A stretch of 64,000 bases of DNA, from contig JAOTXX010000002.1 of NCBI GenBank assembly GCA_029862185.1, forward strand, positions 23,162 to 87,161, read 5' to 3'. The notes beneath the pieces were generated by a model, which saw only the letters and a program-made list of their open reading frames with translations, was not told the origin of the DNA and ran no database searches. The DNA is from Myxococcales bacterium. Its GTDB lineage: Bacteria; Myxococcota_A; Polyangia; Polyangiales; Houyiibacteriaceae. Shown here one piece after another: positions 47,392 to 60,557 of this stretch. Both the position numbers and the translations under genes were made by a program. Position 1 is the stretch's first letter. The number at the start of each line of letters is the position of its first letter.

Positions 47392-48290
47392 CCCTTTGGC
47401 CCGTACACGGGGCGAACGTGCTGCACCAGGCTGAGCCCGGACGCGGGTTCCTCGTTCTTCTTCACGTTGCCGAAGCTGTACTTCTGGCTCGGAAAGACAC
47501 CGTCCCGAACCTCGTCGCAATAGCGTCGGGCAGCGGCCACGCCTTCTTCGAAGAACTCCGCGTATCGCTTGACGAACTTCGGCTTCAGATCGGGCGTCAG
47601 GCCGAGCAGGTCATAGCAGACCAAGACTTGCCCGTCGCAGTGAGGACCTGCGCCGATCCCAATGGTCGGGATTTCAACGGCTTCTGTAATCTGCTGGGCA
47701 AGGTTGCTGGGAATGCCCTCGAGCACGACACTGTACGCGCCCGCCTCCGCGACCGCCTTGGCATCGGCCAAAACCCGGGCGGCGGTCTCTTCGGTCTTGC
47801 CTTGCACCCGAAATCCGCCCATCGCGTGGACGCTCTGCGGAGTGAGACCGACATGCGCCATCACCGGGATGCCCGCTTGAACGATACGCTCGATCGTGGG
47901 TGCCGCATCGACGCCGCCTTCGAGCTTGACCGCCTGCGCGCCTCCCTCGGACAAGAAGCGGCCCGCATTGCGAAGCGCTTGCTCGGAGCTCAGCTGCCAA
48001 CTGAGGAAGGGCATGTCTCCGACGATGTGCGCGCGTCGCGTGCCGCGTGCCACCGCTCGGCTGTGGTAGATCACCTCGTCGACGGTGACCGGAAGCGTGG
48101 AGTCCAGCCCTTGCACGACCATTCCTAGCGAGTCGCCCACGAGCAGGATGTCTACGCCGGCATCGTCGAACAGGCGCGCGAAGGTCGCATCGTAGGCGGT
48201 CACCATGGTGATCCGGGTGCCCTCTCGCTTCATCTTGCGAAGCCGGGGGACCGTCACGGGCCGCTCCTCGGAGGCGTGTCCTCGGTTCAT
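47388..48290 (-). CDS. panB: 3-methyl-2-oxobutanoate hydroxymethyltransferase
   Basis: TAYD, LVGDSLGM, DMPF, VKLEGG, HVGLTPQS, IGIGAG..CDGQVLV. Confidence 0.96.
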   Translation of the reverse strand: MNRGHASEERPVTVPRLRKMKREGTRITMVTAYDATFARLFDDAGVDILLVGDSLGMVVQGLDSTLPVTVDEVIYHSRAVARGTRRAHIVGDMPFLSWQLSSEQALRNAGRFLSEGGAQAVKLEGGVDAAPTIERIVQAGIPVMAHVGLTPQSVHAMGGFRVQGKTEETAARVLADAKAVAEAGAYSVVLEGIPSNLAQQITEAVEIPTIGIGAGPHCDGQVLVCYDLLGLTPDLKPKFVKRYAEFFEEGVAAARRYCDEVRDGVFPSQKYSFGNVKKNEEPASGLSLVQHVRPVYGPKG

Positions 48291-48416
48291 GGATTTGCTT
48301 CGCTTTGGTCGCGGCCAGGTCGATTCCCGGTCCACGCCGCTACGCCCGATAAAGATAGCACCGATTTCGAATGCGTCATCGGCCCCAAAAGGGTCGTGAT
48401 ATCAGCCGACTAGCCC

Positions 48417-49661
48417 CTAGGCCTGCAGTAATGCGGCAACCTTTTCCCCGAGCTCGCCGTCGTCTTTGCCGAGGAGCGCGTCGGCGCGAGTGAGCATCCG
48501 CCTGGCCTCCTCGTCGAGACCAAGCGATTGGAGAAGGCGTCCCGCTTCGTAGTGGTAGAGCGCATGACGACCGCCGTCGCTGCCTTGGCTCAGCGCGCGG
48601 TACAGGTCCGCCGCACGATCCAATCGCCCGTCGGCTTCGTAGAGCTTGGCCAGGGTCGTCGCCGTGGTCGGCGGGAAGTCCGTGATCTGATGTTGGGTAA
48701 AGAACTCGACCACCTGATTGAGGAAGCTCCGCGCTTCTTCAGGTTTCCCCACGAGCTCCGAAGCGAGCCCGAGCTCCTCCAGCAGCCGCCAGTCCGTCCC
48801 GGAGGTCTTGCTCAGCTCGAGCGAAGTCTGCAGTACATCGAGGGCCTCTTGGCCGTGACCCTTGCCCCGGAGAAAGGCGCCCATCGCGAGGTAGGGGCGG
48901 TAGTCCTCGGGAAGCGCATGCACCGCTCCTTCGAAGTAGGCCATCGCCTCCTCGAACTGTTCGGCTTCGTCGGCAAGGCGGGCGAGGGCGAGGTTCGCGG
49001 CCAACTTCGTCTCGCCTCCTTCGTCGTCGGGCAGGGCATCTAGAAAGCTTTGCAAGGCCTCTTTGCCGCCGGGGACATCCTCGCTCAGCAGCCGCGCGCG
49101 CCCGACCTCGAGCCAGAGGTATCGCGGGTCTGGCGCCCGCGCGACCAGGGCATCGAGCTGGACCCGCGCCTCGTCAAACTCTTCTCTGTGCATGGCAAGC
49201 AGCGCCTCGAGAAACACATCGCCATAGCCTTCGTACTCGTCCGCTTGACCCTCCTCCCACTGACCCATCAGCAAGGCGATGCGCTCTTCGTCGGTCATCT
49301 CGGGCGATGCCGCCTGCTCTTGCGCTTCTTTCGCTTCGAGCCCGTCCAGCAGCGCCTGAGCCTGCTCCCGAAGCGACTCGTCGCTCAAGACCTCCAATGC
49401 GCCTTCGAGCTCCTGCGCGGCCAGCTCGATCGAGCCCTGCTCGAGATACGCCCGCGCTTCTTTGATCCGCTGCCGCGCGATCCCATCGGTGCAGAGCCGA
49501 GCCTTCTCGGAGAGCGCCTCTCCCGCGCTTTCGGGAGATGCGGCCCGGGCCTTGTCGTACGCGAGCTTGGCTGGGCCATAGTCGCCGGCGGCGAAGAGCG
49601 CATCGGCTTTCTTCTCGAGTGCCTCGGGGTCAGCGGAAAACAATTTCTTGAGGAAGCTCAT
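48417..49661 (-). CDS. tetratricopeptide repeat protein
   Basis: Repeated helical TPR-like units (e.g. AMAYFEGAVHALPEDYRPYLAMG). ATGA overlap with the upstream gene. Confidence 0.78.
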   Translation of the reverse strand: MSFLKKLFSADPEALEKKADALFAAGDYGPAKLAYDKARAASPESAGEALSEKARLCTDGIARQRIKEARAYLEQGSIELAAQELEGALEVLSDESLREQAQALLDGLEAKEAQEQAASPEMTDEERIALLMGQWEEGQADEYEGYGDVFLEALLAMHREEFDEARVQLDALVARAPDPRYLWLEVGRARLLSEDVPGGKEALQSFLDALPDDEGGETKLAANLALARLADEAEQFEEAMAYFEGAVHALPEDYRPYLAMGAFLRGKGHGQEALDVLQTSLELSKTSGTDWRLLEELGLASELVGKPEEARSFLNQVVEFFTQHQITDFPPTTATTLAKLYEADGRLDRAADLYRALSQGSDGGRHALYHYEAGRLLQSLGLDEEARRMLTRADALLGKDDGELGEKVAALLQA

Positions 49662-50770
49662 GACTGGAACTGCTTGGACCTTCGCTTGGCGGCTTGCTTG
49701 AGCGGCCCGGGGATCCCCCGGCTCCGCGACAAAGACTGGAGGTCGTTTCGACGAAGATGGTTCAGAAAGGTCATCGAAATTGCGATCGGCGTCTTCGGGT
49801 TGTTGCAGAGGTGCCGCTTGATTTCGTAGCTCTTCAGCCACTCGCGCTTTCTGCCGATGTAACGAAGCACGTCCTCCGAGACCTCGCGACTCTGCGCGGC
49901 GTTTTTCGCCTCGCTCTCGCTCATCGCCGGCGAAGCAATGGCGGACATCGAAACGACTCGATTCGGGTCCCGCACCAGGATTGAGCGCGCGGCGGCGTTG
50001 CCCAGAAGCGCCATTCGGATCTTCTCGCCCACGCTCATGCCACGCAGCTTGGCCTGAAGCGGGATGAACTCTTCCTTGGTTTCTTCGGTCCCGTCGAACT
50101 TGTCGCGCTCGACCGCGTCCTGTTCATCGTCTTCGGCCAGCGCGCTCGCAAAGAGTTGATCCGACGGAAGCGGAGTTTCGCTTGGCTCGGGGATGAGCTT
50201 GCCCTGAACCGCCCTCTTGAGCTCTTCGAACATCGGAATGCCGGTTAGCTCGACCTCGCGCCGCGCAGCCAGCTCGATGAGCCGGTCGGCCGTCGACATT
50301 CGGGTGTTGCGGTTCTTGTAGAGGGCTTCGATGATCGCGGGCGCGCCGAGGAGCCGCTGCTGATTCACCGAGATGATCTCCGTGATGCGCTCGGGGCAGT
50401 GCGCCGAGATTTTCGCGATGGTCGCGTCGGCGACCGAATGGTTCGAAGCCAAGCGCGCCAGCACCTCTTCGTCGCTCGAGAATCGAATCGCGATCTCATG
50501 AAAGACCGCGGGATGCAGGTCTTCCTTGCAGGCGGGATGAAGAACGTTCTCGGGTAAGCCTTCGAGCGTGTCGCCCGCCGACTTGGAGACCGTGGGGTCC
50601 TTGTCGGCGCTGAGCTGTGCAAGCAGCATCACGAGGTCGCCGCCTTTGACCGGGACCATGCCGCGGGCGGCCATCATCTTGGCGGCTGCGGGTGCCTTCG
50701 GATCGGCAAAGCGGCGGAGCCGTTCGGGCACGGCGTCGAGGGGAATCGGTAATTGGGGGATTGCCAGCAT
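49658..50770 (-). CDS. conserved helical-repeat protein of deltaproteobacterial/myxobacterial type
   Basis: EKIRMALLGN..ARSILVRDPN..V, V.EDVLRYI, W...Y.....L..NPKTP. Confidence 0.7.
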   Translation of the reverse strand: MLAIPQLPIPLDAVPERLRRFADPKAPAAAKMMAARGMVPVKGGDLVMLLAQLSADKDPTVSKSAGDTLEGLPENVLHPACKEDLHPAVFHEIAIRFSSDEEVLARLASNHSVADATIAKISAHCPERITEIISVNQQRLLGAPAIIEALYKNRNTRMSTADRLIELAARREVELTGIPMFEELKRAVQGKLIPEPSETPLPSDQLFASALAEDDEQDAVERDKFDGTEETKEEFIPLQAKLRGMSVGEKIRMALLGNAAARSILVRDPNRVVSMSAIASPAMSESEAKNAAQSREVSEDVLRYIGRKREWLKSYEIKRHLCNNPKTPIAISMTFLNHLRRNDLQSLSRSRGIPGPLKQAAKRRSKQFQS

Positions 50771-50774
50771 GGGT

Positions 50775-51560
50775 CTATCGACCCGTAAACTCGGGTTCAC
50801 GCTTCTGCAAGATCGCGGCGATGCCTTCGCTCGCATCCTCGGTGCCGAGGCTCGCCGCCTGCAGGCCCGCCTCCGCGAGCGCCGCCTCGCGGATCTGCCA
50901 GCGAAGCCCACGGCGAATCGAGGCCTTCATCTGCTGGACGGCCATCGGCGCGGACCCCGCGATCGCACGCGCCAGCCCCATCGCATGTGGCAGGACTGCA
51001 TCGGCCGGCACAGCGTGTGTCGCCAGGCCGATCTGCAGCGCTTCGGTTCCCCGAATCAGCTTGCCTGTGAAAAGAAGCTCGGATGCGTGTGCCAGGCCGA
51101 CCAGGCGAGGAAGCAAGTAACTGATACCGAGTCCAGAATGGATGCCTAAACGTGCGAAATTCACGCCGAATTTTGCATCGACGTTGGCGACCCGGATATC
51201 GGCCAGCAGCGTGAGCCCGAAACCGCCGCCGACGGTGTGACCGTTCATCGCGGCGATCACTGGAACGTTCAGATCCAGTACCCGCAGAAAGGGTTCGTAC
51301 ATGGCGAACGAGGCTTCCGTGGACGGCTTACCGAGGTCGCTACGCTGAAGGGAGGAGCGAAGATCGGCCCCGGCACTGAAGCAGCGGCCCTTGCCGGTGA
51401 TGACCAGGCATCGGATCTCCGGGTCGGCGAGCGCCTCGTCGATGGCCTCGGAAAACGCGTCCAGCAGCTCTGGCGTCATGGCGTTCCGCTGATCGGGACG
51501 ATTCAAGGTGATCAGTCCGATCCGGTCCACCCCGTCATACAAGACCGCCCGCTCGCTCAT
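50775..51560 (-). CDS. enoyl-CoA hydratase/isomerase family protein
   Basis: ITLNRP..RNA, FSAGADL, PVIAAMNG..VGGG, LPRLVG, D..EG..A...KR.P.F.GR. Confidence 0.92.
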   Translation of the reverse strand: MSERAVLYDGVDRIGLITLNRPDQRNAMTPELLDAFSEAIDEALADPEIRCLVITGKGRCFSAGADLRSSLQRSDLGKPSTEASFAMYEPFLRVLDLNVPVIAAMNGHTVGGGFGLTLLADIRVANVDAKFGVNFARLGIHSGLGISYLLPRLVGLAHASELLFTGKLIRGTEALQIGLATHAVPADAVLPHAMGLARAIAGSAPMAVQQMKASIRRGLRWQIREAALAEAGLQAASLGTEDASEGIAAILQKREPEFTGR

Positions 51561-51655
51561 GCTGAGGGCACTCTAGCCGGACCGGGGCCCTCGGCAACCG
51601 CGGATTCTTGGCCGATTTCTTGCCCGGGGGACGCTGAACGGGTTAGCGGGACTCT

Positions 51656-52444
51656 ATGCAGGAAACCAAGGTTGTTCGGCCGTTTCCGTTTTTTCGGGCG
51701 GGCGCACGCGCGAGTCAACCCCAGCTGTCGAAGCCGATTCTGGTGTTGGAAGACGTCTACAAGTTTTTCCGGCCTGACCAGCCGACCCTACGCGGTGTCG
51801 ATCTGAAGGTTGAGCGTGGGGAGTTCGCGTTCATCACGGGGCCCAGCGGCGCAGGCAAGAGCACCCTGTTGAAGCTCGTTTACCGTGAGCTCACCGTCGA
51901 CGAGGGGCGCGTGCTGTTCTGCGGTCGAGACATCTGCAGGCTGACCGACAAGTCGATCCCATTCCTGCGACGAAACCTCGGCGTCGTCTTTCAGGACTTT
52001 CGAATCATCGACCATTGGACGGTGTTCGAAAACGTCGCCGTCGCGCTGGAGATCGTCTCGATGCCCAAACGGCTCATTCGATCACGGGTTGCAGAAGCGC
52101 TCGAGCGGGTTGGCCTCGCTGGTCGCGGTCCGGAGCTGATCACGAACCTATCAGGCGGCGAGCAGCAGCGCGTCGCCGTAGCAAGGGCGATCGTGCCGGA
52201 GCCAGCGCTCATCTTGGCGGACGAGCCCACCGGGAACCTCGACCCACATCTCGCCATCGACATTCTGACTCTCTTCGAGGAGATCAACTCGACCGGAACC
52301 ACCGTGCTGTTTGCAACGCACGACCACTCCCTCATTTCCAAGCGAGACCACCGTTTGATCTCGATCGACGAAGGCCGAGTTTTGGAGTCTCAGCAGGGCC
52401 TCAAGCACTGGCCAGGCAGCGGCATTCACACGATGGCAGGGTGA
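51656..52444 (+). CDS. ftsE: cell division ATP-binding protein FtsE
   Basis: GPSGAGKST, IPFLRRNLGVVFQDF, LSGGEQQRV, ADEPTGNLD, ATHD. Upstream of ftsX. Confidence 0.93.
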   Translation: MQETKVVRPFPFFRAGARASQPQLSKPILVLEDVYKFFRPDQPTLRGVDLKVERGEFAFITGPSGAGKSTLLKLVYRELTVDEGRVLFCGRDICRLTDKSIPFLRRNLGVVFQDFRIIDHWTVFENVAVALEIVSMPKRLIRSRVAEALERVGLAGRGPELITNLSGGEQQRVAVARAIVPEPALILADEPTGNLDPHLAIDILTLFEEINSTGTTVLFATHDHSLISKRDHRLISIDEGRVLESQQGLKHWPGSGIHTMAG

Positions 52445-52448
52445 AACG

Positions 52449-53330
52449 ATGGACTTGAAGAACGCAATCGTGCGGGCGAGGCGAGGGCTTCGCGAAGAAC
52501 GGCGCCTCTACGTGGTGGCGGTGACGAGCTTGGCTGTCGCCTTCATTTGCCTCGGGGCGACGCTGCTCGGGGTGACGAACCTCGATGCAGCCGCGACGCG
52601 CTGGGGGCAGAGCGGGCGCATCACGGTCTTCTTGAAGGACGGCGCCGATGCGCAGGACGTGGCCCAGCTTCGGGTCGTGCTGGAAGGTTTGGCCGATGTG
52701 GAAGCAGTGACGCACGTCACTCCGTCGCAGGCGCGCAATTCGTTCCTCGAAGAGGCCGACGTCGGTGCGGACCTGAGCGCGCTTCCGTCCGATGTGTTTC
52801 CGGCCTCCCTCGAAGTGACCCTGGTCAACGGAGTCACCAGGGAGCGCGGCGAATCGATCGCGTCGCGACTCGCGCAGTTCCGTGCGGTGAGCGATGTGGA
52901 AAGCTACGGGGCGTGGTTCCAAAAGCTGGACCAGCTGCTCTGGGGAGCCCGAATGCTGGCTCTGGGCCTCGCGCTGCTGGTCATGTTTTGCGTGGTGGCG
53001 GTCATCGGCAACACGATCCGATTGGCCGTCGCGCGTCGGCGTCAAGAGATCGAGGTCATGAAGCTGTGCGGGGCGACCAACGGCTTCGTCAGAGGTCCGT
53101 TCGTTTTGGAAGGGATGTTCCAGGGCTTCGCCTCGGCGCTTGTTGCCGTGCTTGCGCTCCTGGTTGGCTATCTCGCCCTTCACGAATCGGTGGATTCGAC
53201 CTTAGCTGCCCTGACCGGAAGCCGCGTGGTGTTTCTCGGTGCTTGGACGCTCGTGGCGCTCCTCGTCGGCGGCGCGCTGATCGGCGCAATTGGCAGCGCC
53301 GTCTCGGTGCGCCGTTACCTTTCGGTGTGA
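52449..53330 (+). CDS. ftsX: cell division permease FtsX
   Basis: TM, periplasmic domain, then 3 TM; NTIRLAV..RR.EI.VMKL.GAT..FVR.PF..EG. Confidence 0.93.
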   Translation: MDLKNAIVRARRGLREERRLYVVAVTSLAVAFICLGATLLGVTNLDAAATRWGQSGRITVFLKDGADAQDVAQLRVVLEGLADVEAVTHVTPSQARNSFLEEADVGADLSALPSDVFPASLEVTLVNGVTRERGESIASRLAQFRAVSDVESYGAWFQKLDQLLWGARMLALGLALLVMFCVVAVIGNTIRLAVARRRQEIEVMKLCGATNGFVRGPFVLEGMFQGFASALVAVLALLVGYLALHESVDSTLAALTGSRVVFLGAWTLVALLVGGALIGAIGSAVSVRRYLSV

Positions 53331-53331
53331 C

Positions 53332-54324
53332 ATGAAAACCAAAAGTAGATTCTGGGTTTGGGTTTCGGTTGGGCTTTTGGTCGTGGCCGCTGGCGCCGCG
53401 GCCGAGCAGGACCTGGGGATCGGCGGCCTCACCGACGTGGCAGCGGTCGAAGGGAAAATCGCAGAGAACCTCGCTCGTGTGGAGCACGCGCAGACGCGAC
53501 AGGCCCAAATCGACACCGAGATCTCCGGCTTGGCCGACAAGCGCGAGGAGGCCGAAGGACGGCTGCACGAGCGCGCAAGGGCTCTCTACCGCATTCGACG
53601 CGCAGGCATGCTTCCGGTGGCGGGCGGATTCGACGCCTTGATGGGTCACTTGGCTCGGGTTCAGCGGCTCTCGCGCATGGTCAAGAGCGATCTGGAGACG
53701 ATGGACTTTCTCGGGGAACGAGGCTCGGCGCTTCGTATCGAAAAGAACGAGCTTGCCGATGTGCTAGAGGCGGCGCAGCTGGCATTGCATGCGCTCGAAG
53801 GCAAGAAGGTAGAGCTCGAGCACAGCAGCAGAAGCGCATCGTTGTTTCAGGACACACTCCGCGGCGAGCGGCAAGATGCTCCCCGCGACGACGAGGGCAT
53901 GAGCTACGGCCGCATTCGAGTTTCCGGTGACATGGATGACCTCGGCGACGGCTTCGCGCAGATGCGCGGCCAGCTGGCTCTGCCGGTGCAGGGCTCGATG
54001 CGGATCGGCGAAAGCTCTAGGGAAGGCGCGCCCGGCCTGGAGTTCTACGGACGGCCCGGCGGCCCGGTCCGCGCCGCAGCCGATGGAAGGGTGGCCTTTG
54101 CCCGCGTTTACGGCGCCTACGGACTGATGGTCATCATCGACCACGGAAGCAGCTTTTACACAGTCTATGGCGGTCTCGGCTCGACCGACGTCGAGGTCGG
54201 CGACTGGGTCGGCATGAGCACTCGGATTGCGACCCTCGAGAGCGTTGGGCCCGATGCGATTCTCTTCTTCGAAGTCCGAAGGGGAACCCGACCGCTAGAC
54301 GCCCGTAGCTGGCTCGGGTTGTAG
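53332..54324 (+). CDS. envC: EnvC-like murein hydrolase activator (coiled coil + degenerate M23/LytM)
   Basis: Follows ftsEX. Signal, coiled coil, G.L..PV.G, VRAAADGRV, YG.MVIIDHG, FEVR. The Zn ligands HxxxD/HxH are absent. Confidence 0.82.
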   Translation: MKTKSRFWVWVSVGLLVVAAGAAAEQDLGIGGLTDVAAVEGKIAENLARVEHAQTRQAQIDTEISGLADKREEAEGRLHERARALYRIRRAGMLPVAGGFDALMGHLARVQRLSRMVKSDLETMDFLGERGSALRIEKNELADVLEAAQLALHALEGKKVELEHSSRSASLFQDTLRGERQDAPRDDEGMSYGRIRVSGDMDDLGDGFAQMRGQLALPVQGSMRIGESSREGAPGLEFYGRPGGPVRAAADGRVAFARVYGAYGLMVIIDHGSSFYTVYGGLGSTDVEVGDWVGMSTRIATLESVGPDAILFFEVRRGTRPLDARSWLGL

Positions 54325-54363
54325 CGCTGCGCTCATGCTAGGCTTCGCCCGAGCGGAGGCGCC

Positions 54364-58195
<3,832 letters not shown>

Positions 58196-58227
58196 GGACG
58201 GCGTCTGTTTACGGCCGTCGCAACGCG

Positions 58228-58587
58228 CTAGCGCTTCACAGCGCCGAAGGTCTCGACGTAGGCCAGGACAGCCTCGAGATCGGCGTCGCTGATCTTCTCG
58301 GGGCCGAAGGCGGGCATGTCGTCGCCCCCCGAGCGAACCCTCCAGCGAACCTCCGCGGGAGTATCACCTTCGCCGGCGATTCTCGGACCATCGCCCGCCT
58401 CGCCGCCCGGGTGGCAGCCTTCGCAGAACTCTGCGTAAACCTCGGAGCCGGTTGCGACGTCGGTAGACTCGAGCGGGAATTCGAAGCTTGCCAGCGACAG
58501 TGCGGTCGTTCCACCGGACTCTTTCGAACAAGCGAACGCGAGTGCCAATAGGCCGATCATCAGGACCGCGAACAGATTCTTCCCCAT
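58228..58587 (-). CDS. mono-heme cytochrome c lipoprotein
   Basis: Lipobox AFAC, CEGCH, GP, MPAF, DL.AV.AYV. Confidence 0.88.
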   Translation of the reverse strand: MGKNLFAVLMIGLLALAFACSKESGGTTALSLASFEFPLESTDVATGSEVYAEFCEGCHPGGEAGDGPRIAGEGDTPAEVRWRVRSGGDDMPAFGPEKISDADLEAVLAYVETFGAVKR

Positions 58588-58611
58588 CTTTTCTCCTCTC
58601 CTCGAGCGCCG

Positions 58612-60390
58612 CTATGCGCGTCGCGCTCCCTCATTCCCCTTGCGCCGCAACTGTAGCAGCTTTTCCGTCTGAACCCGAATAGCTTCGGTCTCGTCTTTCA
58701 CGACATCGCTGTGGCATGCCGCCTTTTCTGCCGCGCCGACGGCGTTCTTCGTCTTGCCGGCAAGGCGATGGATCTCCTCGGGCGACAGATGGCCGCGCGT
58801 GCGGAGAATCTCCTGCTGATCGGGCGTGAGCGCAGGAGACTTCATCACCTTTTCGCGCTCGAAGCCGTCCGCCTGGCCCGACTCGAACTCGACGATTTCT
58901 TTCGAGATGCGGACCGAGCACCAGTCATGCCCGCACATGGCGCAGAAGTCCGTGTCCACATCGAGGTCCTCGTCGTGAAATGCCCGAGCCGTGTCGCTGT
59001 CGAAGGCCAGGTCGAAGTGCTTTTCCCAGTTCAGGGCAGCACGCGCACGGGTGAGGTCGTCGTCCCAGTCCCGCGAACCTGGTATCCCGAGGGCGACGTC
59101 CGAGGCGTGGGCCGCGATCTTGTACGCAATGCAGCCCTGCTTGACGTCGTCACGCTTGGGCAGGCCGAGGTGCTCTTTCGGGGTCACATAACAAAGCATC
59201 GCTGCGCCGTGGTAGCCGGCAGAGGTTGCACCGATGGCGCTGGTGATGTGGTCGTAGCCGGGAAAGACATCGGTCACGAGGGGGCCGAGCACGTAGAATG
59301 GCGCCCCGTGGCAGCGCTGCCGTTGGAGCTTCATGTTGTATTCGATTTGATCAAAGGGCACATGGCCGGGGCCTTCGACCATGACTTGGCAGCCTCGTCG
59401 CCACGCGCGTTCGGTCAGCTCACCCAAGCGATCGAGCTCACCGAGCTGCGCGGCATCGGTCGCGTCGGCCAGGCCGCCTGGGCGCACACCGTCGCCGAGC
59501 GAGAACGAGACGTCGTACTCGCGCATCAGGTCACAGATCGCCTCGAAGTGCGTGTACATCGGATTCTCTTCGCCGTGGTGCAGCATCCACTTGGCAAGCA
59601 GAGATCCGCCGCGCGAAACGATCCCGATCAATCGTTTGCGAATGAATGGCAGGTGTTCACGTGCAACGCCCGCGTGAATCGTGAAATAGTCGACCCCTTG
59701 ACGAGCCTGATGGCGCAAGCTTTCGAGGATGACCTCGAGCGTAAGCTCTTCAATGCTGCGGCCGATGATCATCGAATAGATGGGCACGGTGCCGATCGGC
59801 ACGCGCGCATGACGGATGATCGCCTCGCGAGTCGCGTCGAGGTCGCCGCCGGTTGAGAGGTCCATCACCGTGTCTGCGCCCCAGCGCTCCGCCCAGTGCA
59901 GCTTCTCGACCTCTTCGTCGGTGCCGGAAGAGATGGGTGACGCGCCCATGTTTGCGTTAATCTTCGTGAGGCCCGCTCGCCCGATACACATCGGATCGAG
60001 CTCGTAACCGAGGTGGACCTTGTTGGCCGGGATGATCATTCGACCCGCGCCGACTTCGTCCCGCACCTGCTCGGCGCTGAGGTGTGCTTCGCGCTCGGCG
60101 ACGCGCTTCATTTCGGGCGTCACGAGCCCGAGCCGTGCGTGCTCGAGCTGGGTCACCGGGACAAAGCCGGCAGGCGGCTGCCAGCGACCGTCTTCGAATC
60201 GCCAGTCCGCGGGCATGAAGTCCCAGGCGGTCTTGTCGCTTGGCTGCGGCATGCCTGGGGTGTCGGGCGAGGAGAATGTTCGGGGGCCGCCGATGTCCGG
60301 GGCGTTTGCAAACGAGCCCGGTGTCGTGCCGGCGCGCTCGGTGGACGGGTTGTGAGCGCCGCGAAGAGGGATTCTGAAATCAGTCATCAT
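58612..60390 (-). CDS. thiC: phosphomethylpyrimidine synthase ThiC
   Basis: [50 protein letters not shown]2CX4C (CAMCGHDWC). Confidence 0.96.
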   Translation of the reverse strand: MMTDFRIPLRGAHNPSTERAGTTPGSFANAPDIGGPRTFSSPDTPGMPQPSDKTAWDFMPADWRFEDGRWQPPAGFVPVTQLEHARLGLVTPEMKRVAEREAHLSAEQVRDEVGAGRMIIPANKVHLGYELDPMCIGRAGLTKINANMGASPISSGTDEEVEKLHWAERWGADTVMDLSTGGDLDATREAIIRHARVPIGTVPIYSMIIGRSIEELTLEVILESLRHQARQGVDYFTIHAGVAREHLPFIRKRLIGIVSRGGSLLAKWMLHHGEENPMYTHFEAICDLMREYDVSFSLGDGVRPGGLADATDAAQLGELDRLGELTERAWRRGCQVMVEGPGHVPFDQIEYNMKLQRQRCHGAPFYVLGPLVTDVFPGYDHITSAIGATSAGYHGAAMLCYVTPKEHLGLPKRDDVKQGCIAYKIAAHASDVALGIPGSRDWDDDLTRARAALNWEKHFDLAFDSDTARAFHDEDLDVDTDFCAMCGHDWCSVRISKEIVEFESGQADGFEREKVMKSPALTPDQQEILRTRGHLSPEEIHRLAGKTKNAVGAAEKAACHSDVVKDETEAIRVQTEKLLQLRRKGNEGARRA

Positions 60391-60419
60391 GCTTCTCCAG
60401 TAGGGAAGAAGCCGATGGT

Positions 60420-60493
60420 TCGCTTCCCTACGCCGGTTTGAGCCGGATCAGGTTCGACGGGTTCTTCTCAGCCCATTGTGGCGCCCCGAGCGA
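60420..60493 (-). ncRNA. TPP riboswitch (THI-box) upstream of thiC
   Basis: Minus strand reads TCGCT-CGGGGCGCC...GGGCTGAGA...ACCCGTCGAACCTGATCCGG...ACCGGCGTAGGGA-AGCGA, with the conserved CTGAGA, ACCTGA and GCGTAGG cores and P1 TCGCT/AGCGA. Confidence 0.95.
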
Positions 60494-60557
60494 GGACCGA
60501 CTCTAGCATGGCCCTCGGAGCGCAGCTATCCTCGGCCGCACCGTCCTCGGAAAGACC

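Noticed and set aside
53900-54324. Degenerate M23 active site as a novelty
   Set aside because: Loss of the Zn ligands is the established feature of EnvC.
58197-58219. GACGGC...GCCGTC hairpin between convergent lacZ and cytochrome c genes as a terminator
   Set aside because: 6-bp stem with a long loop and no U-tract; too weak to call.
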